This document shows positions 1 to 5,894 of a stretch of DNA of 19,612 nucleotides, piece by piece (positions within the stretch are counted from its first letter, which is position 1; every line of letters begins with the position of its first letter). The translations under genes were made by a program, and so were the position numbers. The notes beneath the pieces are model-generated. The model did not search any database. It had not been told where the DNA came from and saw only the letters and a list, made by a program, of their open reading frames with translations. The DNA lies in NCBI GenBank assembly GCA_031960885.1, contig JAVRLY010000023.1:1-19612 (forward strand), written 5' to 3'. The stretch is from Desulfurella sp. (GTDB lineage: Bacteria; Campylobacterota_A; Desulfurellia; Desulfurellales; Desulfurellaceae).

Positions 1-247
1 TTTGATTGACTATAAAATCCCTTGATAGGCGCTCATCTAAAGATGCGGCGCTTAAGCTATAAATGCCAGGCAAATCTACAATATTAAGCGTTTTTCCTAA
101 ATAGTTTAATTGACCTTCTTTTTTTTCTACAGTTACACCTGGCCAATTACCCACGTGGGCGTTTCCACCCGTCAAAGCATTAAAGATTGCGGATTTACCT
201 ACATTGGGGTTACCAATTAGTGCTATTGTAGAAGTGTTACTATCCAT
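1..247 (-). CDS. feoB: Ferrous iron transporter FeoB, N-terminal GTPase domain (partial, continues beyond left edge)
   Basis: Manual translation from ATG at 247: [45 protein letters not shown]...VDLPGIYSL. It carries G1 (GNPNVGKS), G2 (NWPGVTVE) and G3 (DLPG) motifs of FeoB. SD GGAGGA at 251-256; overlaps the feoA stop. Not in the supplied ORF track. Confidence 0.97.
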   Translation of the reverse strand, partial: MDSNTSTIALIGNPNVGKSAIFNALTGGNAHVGNWPGVTVEKKEGQLNYLGKTLNIVDLPGIYSLSAASLDERLSRDFIVNQ

Positions 248-467
248 TTGTCCTCCTTACAATGATTTTTGAAGCAATACCTTTGCCAAGAGCGTATTTT
301 GAATCGTTAACTGCTATAATTACCGGACCTTTTGCGTTACATACCATTCTAATCTTTGCGCCGGGTATTATGCCCATTTCCATTAGTTTTGCGTGAATCC
401 CATGCCCTGTTTCTATTTTTACCACTTCAACTATTTCGTTTTCTCTGGCAAATACTAAAGGCATCAT
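240..467 (-). CDS. feoA: FeoA family protein (SH3-like); start may be the second ATG at 464
   Basis: [13 protein letters not shown]...GPVII...[13 protein letters not shown] matches the FeoA pattern. Directly upstream of feoB; SD GGAGG at 472-476; start overlaps the upstream stop (TAATG). Confidence 0.93.
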   Translation of the reverse strand: MMPLVFARENEIVEVVKIETGHGIHAKLMEMGIIPGAKIRMVCNAKGPVIIAVNDSKYALGKGIASKIIVRRTNG

Positions 468-1111
468 TACACCTCCACGACAATATTTTGCGCCTCATCT
501 TTTCTTAGTGTTAGATGGTATCCAAGCAATGTAACCTCAATTGGGTCGCCAAGCGGAGCCTTTTTCTCTACTTTGACAATTGTTTGTGGTTTTGCACCCA
601 TTGAGAGCAGTTTATTTTTAATGGGGCTGTCTAAGATTTTCACAATCCTTGCGCTTTCTCCAACTTTTAGCTCATTTAGTGTCATTTTTGCCTCCATTTT
701 GGAAAATTTATCAAATTCTGCTTTTATATGCGGGTTTAGTGCTAAAAATTCATTTAATTTCATTAGCATATTGAGTGTTTCATCCGACAAATCATGTTCT
801 AATTTGTGGGCATCTTTAAGCGCAATATCTTCGTCTAAACCAAGCGTATTAACTAAAAATTTTAGAATCTGCCTTTTTCTTTCTATGAGAGTTTGTGCAA
901 TGCTAAGTCCGTAATCAGTTAGTTGGATATAGCTGTATTTTTCATGTTTTATGATATTTTTCTCTGCAAGCGTTTTGATGGCGCTTACAGCTGTAGGCAA
1001 GCTTACACGCCTTTTTTGCGCAATATCTTTGATGCGCGCAACGCTGTTTGTTTTTACCTGTTCTAAGATATCAAGCAAGTAATCTTCTTGTGTTTCGCTT
1101 AAATAGGTCAT
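467..1111 (-). CDS. DtxR/MntR-family metal-dependent repressor fused to a C-terminal FeoA domain
   Basis: N-terminus SETQEDYL..ARIKDIAQ..VSLPTAVSAIKTL (wHTH), dimerisation motif DAHKLEH, C-terminus MTLNELKVGE...KLLSMG...APLGDPIEV...LTLRKDEA (FeoA). Start moved from TTG 1132 to ATG 1111 because of SD GGGAGGG at 1119-1125 and the ATGA overlap with the upstream stop. Confidence 0.92.
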   Translation of the reverse strand: MTYLSETQEDYLLDILEQVKTNSVARIKDIAQKRRVSLPTAVSAIKTLAEKNIIKHEKYSYIQLTDYGLSIAQTLIERKRQILKFLVNTLGLDEDIALKDAHKLEHDLSDETLNMLMKLNEFLALNPHIKAEFDKFSKMEAKMTLNELKVGESARIVKILDSPIKNKLLSMGAKPQTIVKVEKKAPLGDPIEVTLLGYHLTLRKDEAQNIVVEV

Positions 1112-1320
1112 TTGTATGCCCTCCCTTGACAAAACATTTTGTTATTGCAACAAGCGCACGATGGTGCGTTAGCTAAATTTAAGTATTGTACCTTGTTTTT
1201 TAGGATTAACTTACTTAAAGAGATAAACAACTGATTTCTATCAAGCCCAGTTTTTTTACTTAAACTATCCATGCTTATAGTCTTGTTCTTTTTTAGTAGA
1301 TACAAAATGAATTCTTCCAT
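1108..1320 (-). CDS. Small winged-helix protein with C-terminal Cys cluster, FeoC-like
   Basis: 70 aa with SD GGGAGG at 1326-1331. HTH-like segment ISMDSLSKKTGLDRNQLFISLSKLILKNKV followed by CACC-x5-C. First gene of the feo operon, with an ATGA overlap to the next gene. Confidence 0.7.
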   Translation of the reverse strand: MEEFILYLLKKNKTISMDSLSKKTGLDRNQLFISLSKLILKNKVQYLNLANAPSCACCNNKMFCQGRAYK

Positions 1321-1344
1321 AAATGCCTCCCAAAATAGAATACT

Positions 1345-1374
1345 AAAATTATGTTAGCATAATCTAATAATTTT
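1345..1374. promoter_or_regulatory. Putative DtxR/MntR/SirR-type operator overlapping the feo promoter
   Basis: TTAG-CATAAT-CTAA (1354-1367) matches the TTAG-N6-CTAA form of DtxR/SirR boxes. Flanked by AAAATTA (1345-1351) and TAATTTT (1368-1374). Confidence 0.6.
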
Positions 1375-1379
1375 GTCAA
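1351..1379 (-). promoter_or_regulatory. Sigma70-type promoter of the feo operon
   Basis: Minus strand TTGACA (1379-1374), 17-nt spacer, TAACAT (1356-1351) preceded by an extended -10 TGn. Confidence 0.75.
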
Positions 1380-1420
1380 GTAAAAAATTTATTTGATTTA
1401 TAAAATTTGGGATTTAAAAC

Positions 1421-1448
1421 TTGACTGTATCGTTATGTATTGTATAAT
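1421..1448 (+). promoter_or_regulatory. Sigma70-type promoter of the mod operon
   Basis: TTGACT (1421-1426), 16-nt spacer, perfect TATAAT (1443-1448). Confidence 0.7.
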
Positions 1449-1456
1449 ATAACTCG
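1429..1456. promoter_or_regulatory. Putative ModE-type operator
   Basis: ATCGTTATGTA-N6-AATATAACTCG resembles the ModE consensus ATCGNTATATA-N6-TATATAACGAT. It overlaps the -10 of the molybdate operon. Confidence 0.6.
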
Positions 1457-1457
1457 T

Positions 1458-1850
1458 ATGTTTATTAATGAATTAAGCGGTGTGATAAAACATATTGAAT
1501 CAGCAGATGGTATCTATTTTTTAGAAATTAATGTAGATGGTGATGTATTTTTTTCCATTCAACTAAACAATGGCTATAAAATAAATGATCATGTGAAGAT
1601 TCGGTTTTGTGAAAGTGATATTAGTATTGCCAAAACAATGTGCTTTAATATAAGTACACTAAATATTCAAAAGGCTATTGTAAGAAACATAGAAAATGGA
1701 AAGCTATTAACAAGGGTTGAGCTTTTTTATAAGAATACGATTATTCGTGTACTAATAACGCAAAAATCCCTCAAAAAACTCAATATCCAATTAAACGATG
1801 AGGTATATTTTTTGATAAAAGCCATTGCTTTGGATATCGCATATGAGTGA
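1458..1850 (+). CDS. TOBE/Mop-domain molybdate-binding protein (tandem OB folds, no HTH)
   Basis: C-terminal half ISTLNIQKAIVRNIENGKLLTRVEL...ITQKSLKKLNIQLNDEVYFLIKA matches the Mop/TOBE pattern; directly upstream of modB. Start moved to in-frame ATG 1458 because TTG 1440 lies inside the promoter. Confidence 0.8.
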   Translation: MFINELSGVIKHIESADGIYFLEINVDGDVFFSIQLNNGYKINDHVKIRFCESDISIAKTMCFNISTLNIQKAIVRNIENGKLLTRVELFYKNTIIRVLITQKSLKKLNIQLNDEVYFLIKAIALDIAYE

Positions 1851-2517
1851 TTTTTGGGTACCTATTTATTTAACATTTAAGCTAGCAATTATTACTACAA
1901 TCGTTTTATTCTTTTTAGGCGTTTTTATTGCATATTTTTTGGCTTACACGAAGTCGCCTTTTAAGTTTTTTTACGAAGCCTTAGTAAATGTACCGCTGTT
2001 TTTGCCTCCTATTGTGCTGGGTTTTTATATACTTGTGATTTTTAGTCCAGCATCCATTTTGGGCAAATTTTTGGATACTTTAGGCATAAGGCTTGTATTT
2101 CATTTTTCTGGTTTGGTTATTGGAAGCATTATTTATAGTTTGCCGTTTATGGTGAATCCGCTGGTGTCTGGTTTTAGGTCTTTACCTAACTCGCTCAAAG
2201 AAGCTGCATACACGCTTGGAAAAACCAAATTTGAGACATTTTTTAAAGTATTATTGCCTAATATTAAGCCTTCAATATTGAGCGCCATTGTACTTGCGTT
2301 TGTTCATACAATTGGTGAGTTTGGCGTTGTATTAATGATTGGTGGCAATATACCCGGTGTTACCAAAGTTGCTTCTATAGCTATTTTTGATGCTTCAATG
2401 GCTTTAAATTATAGATTGGCAAACTTATACTCATTGATTATATCTACAGTATCGCTGAGTTTCTTGGTAATCGTATTTTTCGTTAACAAAAGATTTTTAT
2501 TAAATGGTAGAAGTTAA
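1843..2517 (+). CDS. modB: Molybdate ABC transporter permease
   Basis: PLFLPPIVLGFY, LPFMV, EAAYTLG (EAA loop) and HTIGEFGVVLMIGGNIPG. Likely start ATG 1843, overlapping the upstream stop. Confidence 0.95.
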   Translation: MSDFWVPIYLTFKLAIITTIVLFFLGVFIAYFLAYTKSPFKFFYEALVNVPLFLPPIVLGFYILVIFSPASILGKFLDTLGIRLVFHFSGLVIGSIIYSLPFMVNPLVSGFRSLPNSLKEAAYTLGKTKFETFFKVLLPNIKPSILSAIVLAFVHTIGEFGVVLMIGGNIPGVTKVASIAIFDASMALNYRLANLYSLIISTVSLSFLVIVFFVNKRFLLNGRS

Positions 2518-3367
2518 ACTATCAAAAAAGTTGTTTTCTTTTGAACTAAATATAGATTTGCATATAGATAAAGGTAGTTTTGTCTCAATTTTTGGCCCAT
2601 CAGGCGCTGGCAAGACAACAATTTTAAGACTTATTGCAGGACTAGAAAAACCTGATTTTGGTTATATAAAGGTTGATAATGAAATTTGGTATTCAAGTGA
2701 AGATAACATTAATTTACCCACAAGATTAAGAAAAATAGGCTTTGTATTCCAAGATTATGCATTGTTTGAAAATATGAGTGTTGGCAAAAATATAGAATTT
2801 GCCCTTGAGTCAAAATCGGATAGCAAGCTCGTTGATGAATTACTTGAGCTTGTTCAATTAAAAGAGTATAAAAATCAGAAAATCAGCATATTATCTGGTG
2901 GCCAAAAGCAAAGGCTTGCGCTTATTAGGGCCCTAGCAAGAAAGCCAAAACTACTGTTACTAGATGAGCCGATGTCTGCGTTGGATTTATCGCTTAGGGT
3001 AAGTTTGCAAGACGAATTGTTGCTTTTGCAAAAAAAATTCAACACAACGGCTTTAATGGTTAGCCATGAAGTTTCTGAGGTTGCAAAGCTTAGCAACTAT
3101 ATTTACATTGTAAAAGATGGCAAAATTTTAAAGCATGGAAAAACGCAAAAAATTTTTGGTATAGATGAAAATAATGTAAATATCATTGGGACAGTAATAG
3201 AGAAAAAAGCAGGAGATATCATTGGAAAAGTAAAAGTTCTAATTGGTGTTAGTTTAATCTATCTGCCAATTAGCAAAGAACTACTCAATACACTATCTGT
3301 TGGCGATAAAGTATTGATAACAATTAATGCCTTTAAATCAACAATATCAAAGGTCTCATTTGAATAG
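2504..3367 (+). CDS. modC: Molybdate ABC transporter ATP-binding protein with C-terminal TOBE-like region
   Basis: Walker A GPSGAGKTT, Q-loop FQDYALF, signature LSGGQKQR, Walker B LLLDEP, H-loop VSHE; follows modB. Confidence 0.93.
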   Translation: MVEVKLSKKLFSFELNIDLHIDKGSFVSIFGPSGAGKTTILRLIAGLEKPDFGYIKVDNEIWYSSEDNINLPTRLRKIGFVFQDYALFENMSVGKNIEFALESKSDSKLVDELLELVQLKEYKNQKISILSGGQKQRLALIRALARKPKLLLLDEPMSALDLSLRVSLQDELLLLQKKFNTTALMVSHEVSEVAKLSNYIYIVKDGKILKHGKTQKIFGIDENNVNIIGTVIEKKAGDIIGKVKVLIGVSLIYLPISKELLNTLSVGDKVLITINAFKSTISKVSFE

Positions 3368-3886
3368 TTATTTTTCTATTCCATCTCTCGCTAATACACC
3401 TTGCGTGTAGTAATGCTTTATTTCTTTCATTTCTGTTACTAAATCCGCAGCATCGATGATTTTTTGCGTTGCGTATCTGCCAGTAATGACAAGTTCAGTG
3501 TTTTGAGGTTTTTTGCGTATTAATTCTAGTAGTTCATCATCACTAAAAAGTCCAAAAAAGACTGCAATGTTAGCTTCATCTAAAATAACGACATCGTAGT
3601 TTTCTTTTTCAAATGCTTCTAAAACAAAATTATAGCCGTCTTTTGCAGCTTTTATATCTTCACTTGAAGGTTTTGAGTGTATAAATTCAGGCCTACCAAA
3701 TTGTTTTATTGTGAGATTTTCAAATTTTGATAAAGCTTTGTGTTCGCTGTATGGCAATCCTTTAACAAATTGCACAAATAGCACTTTTAGTCCTGCTCCT
3801 AATGCCCTTATGGCTAGACCAATAGCGGCTGTTGTTTTACCTTTGCCATTTCCTGTGTACACTTGCACATAAGCCTTTTCTTTCAT
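3368..3886 (-). CDS. cobO: Cob(I)yrinic acid a,c-diamide adenosyltransferase (CobA/CobO/BtuR family)
   Basis: VQVYTGNGKGKTTAAIG, VQFVKG, VILDE, ELVITGR and ADLVTEM..IKHYY.G..AR.GIE family motifs. Confidence 0.95.
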   Translation of the reverse strand: MKEKAYVQVYTGNGKGKTTAAIGLAIRALGAGLKVLFVQFVKGLPYSEHKALSKFENLTIKQFGRPEFIHSKPSSEDIKAAKDGYNFVLEAFEKENYDVVILDEANIAVFFGLFSDDELLELIRKKPQNTELVITGRYATQKIIDAADLVTEMKEIKHYYTQGVLARDGIEK

Positions 3887-3890
3887 TATT

Positions 3891-5894
3891 TCATCCTCCT
3901 AAAATTGTATTTAAATAAGAAACAAAATGCATTACTTTGATATCTATATGAGCGTTTTTTAAATAACCGTCTATTTGCATCATGCAGCCAGGACATGCAG
4001 TAATGACAATTTCTGCTTGTGTATTTAATATGTTTTGCACTTTTCTTTCAACGAGTTTTTTGGATATGCCTTTGTGCATAATTGAGTAGCTTCCTGCAAA
4101 ACCGCAGCACTTATCACTTTCGTTGAGTTCAATAAATTGCGGCTCGTTTTCTTTTAAGAATGATTCAAGAAGCATTGATGTTTTTAGGCCTCTTAATAGG
4201 TGGCATGGATGGTGGTATGTTAGTTTTTTGCCCAATGGTTTAATGTGCGATGTGTTTATTTTTTCTAAAAAATAAGAACTTGCATCTATTAGTTTGTTTT
4301 GAAGTTTGATATTTGCAATTTCAAAATAGTCTCTTTCAACCATATGTTCACAGTGAGGGTCTAAAAAAATCACTTGCTTGTAGTGTTCTATAGTATTTTG
4401 GATTTTTTGAGCGCTGATTGCGGCTTGAGTTTTTTTGCCATTGTAATAGCATGCAGCCCCACAGCACGAAGGTTGCTTTATTACGGAAATATCAATATTG
4501 AGTTTTTTTGCTACATTTAGACAATCGTTGCCTATATTTTCATAAAAGATATTTATAGAACATCCTGCAAACAAACCAATTGGCGCATCTATCGTTTTTG
4601 ATAAGTCAAAGGACTTTTTGTTTGGTTTTGGCAGCACCCTAAAGTCAAACCCAAAGTATTCATCAAGCGATTTAACGCCCAATTTCATTTGTTTTTTAAA
4701 AAATAATGATAGAATGCTTGTTGTTTGGCGCACAAGTGTGTAGTTTGATAGACTATTTAGAATTTTATCTTTAATAAAGCTGTTTTGTGGGTACTCGGAT
4801 TTGATTTTTAATATTAGAGACTGTATGGGGATTTTGGTTGAGCATATTGAATCGCAAGCCATGCAGCCCAAACATAAGTTAGCAAAGTTTCCAATATATT
4901 TATATGAATTAGCATACGAAAGCAAAACGCCAATAGGCCCAGCATATACATCGCCTCTAAAAAATAAGCCACTTACGGTTGTGTATACGCAACAGGCATT
5001 TTGACAAGCGCCGCACCTTATACATTGAAGAATTTGACGATATGGTGTTTTGGATAGTTTCAATCTGCCATTGTCGAGTAAAATAACGTAAAATTTACCA
5101 AAAGGTTTTTCAAAACAATCCATATATGATGTTGATAATTGAGCTGTCGCTGCCTTTGGTAAAAAATCCACAATGGTTAGCGCTTCTTCTATATCGCTTA
5201 CAATCTTGTCTATGCCAACAATGCATATATTTAAATCGCGCAGCAGTACATTTTGTACGTTTCCTTCGTTGCTTACAATAAAAAATATGCCATCTTTTGT
5301 TACTGCATTAGAACCACAAATACCTGCACTTTGTTTTAGATTAAAATATTCTCTAATTTTGTTTTTGGAAAACTCAACGAGTTCACTCAAGTTGGTTGAA
5401 AGATTTGTATTGAATGTTTCATTTAGAAGCGCGCAAATTTTTTCTTTTGACATATGAATAGCTGGTGCTGTCATATGTGAGCTTGGTTGATTGGCTATTT
5501 GTACCAGCCATTCGCCAAGGTCTGTTTCAAAAGCATCAATACCATTTTGCTTTAAAAACTCATTTAAATGAATTTCTTCTGTTGTTAGAGATTTAGATTT
5601 TACAACATTTTTTATATCGTGTTTTTTAAGTATTTCAAGCACGGACAAACAAGCTTCATGCGCATTATTTGCAAGCACAACATCTATATTTTTTTTTCTT
5701 AAGTTTTCAATAAGCTCTTTAGTATTTGATTGGATTTTATCGATATTGTTTTGCTTGATTTTTTGCGTTATGTTTTTGTATTGTTCATAATCAAAGATTG
5801 TTTCTAATCGTTTTCTTTTTTCAAAATAGTTTGTTTCAAGGCGAAACAAAGCATCTTGCAAAAATTTATCATTAACAAAATCTTCTTCTTTCAT
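3891..5894 (-). CDS. LutB/LldF-like (LUD + 2x[4Fe-4S]) protein fused to two CCG domains; probable lactate-utilisation Fe-S oxidoreductase
   Basis: LUD motifs VKSKSLTTEEI, ETDLGEW, HMTAPAIH, SNEGN, GIDKIV, LLDNGR. Ferredoxin motifs CIRCGACQNAC and CLGCMACDSIC. CCG domains FAGC..CCG..DPHC and YHHPCH..CCGFAGSY..TACPGC. Confidence 0.85.
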   Translation of the reverse strand: MKEEDFVNDKFLQDALFRLETNYFEKRKRLETIFDYEQYKNITQKIKQNNIDKIQSNTKELIENLRKKNIDVVLANNAHEACLSVLEILKKHDIKNVVKSKSLTTEEIHLNEFLKQNGIDAFETDLGEWLVQIANQPSSHMTAPAIHMSKEKICALLNETFNTNLSTNLSELVEFSKNKIREYFNLKQSAGICGSNAVTKDGIFFIVSNEGNVQNVLLRDLNICIVGIDKIVSDIEEALTIVDFLPKAATAQLSTSYMDCFEKPFGKFYVILLDNGRLKLSKTPYRQILQCIRCGACQNACCVYTTVSGLFFRGDVYAGPIGVLLSYANSYKYIGNFANLCLGCMACDSICSTKIPIQSLILKIKSEYPQNSFIKDKILNSLSNYTLVRQTTSILSLFFKKQMKLGVKSLDEYFGFDFRVLPKPNKKSFDLSKTIDAPIGLFAGCSINIFYENIGNDCLNVAKKLNIDISVIKQPSCCGAACYYNGKKTQAAISAQKIQNTIEHYKQVIFLDPHCEHMVERDYFEIANIKLQNKLIDASSYFLEKINTSHIKPLGKKLTYHHPCHLLRGLKTSMLLESFLKENEPQFIELNESDKCCGFAGSYSIMHKGISKKLVERKVQNILNTQAEIVITACPGCMMQIDGYLKNAHIDIKVMHFVSYLNTILGG

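Noticed and set aside
1126..1154. Perfect TTGACA on the + strand inside the feoC-like gene (antisense promoter?)
   Set aside because: No acceptable -10 at 16-18 nt spacing.
5689..5697. T9 homopolymer (A9 on the coding strand) as a slippage site
   Set aside because: Such runs are frequent in this AT-rich sequence and the ORF is intact with no alternative-frame product.
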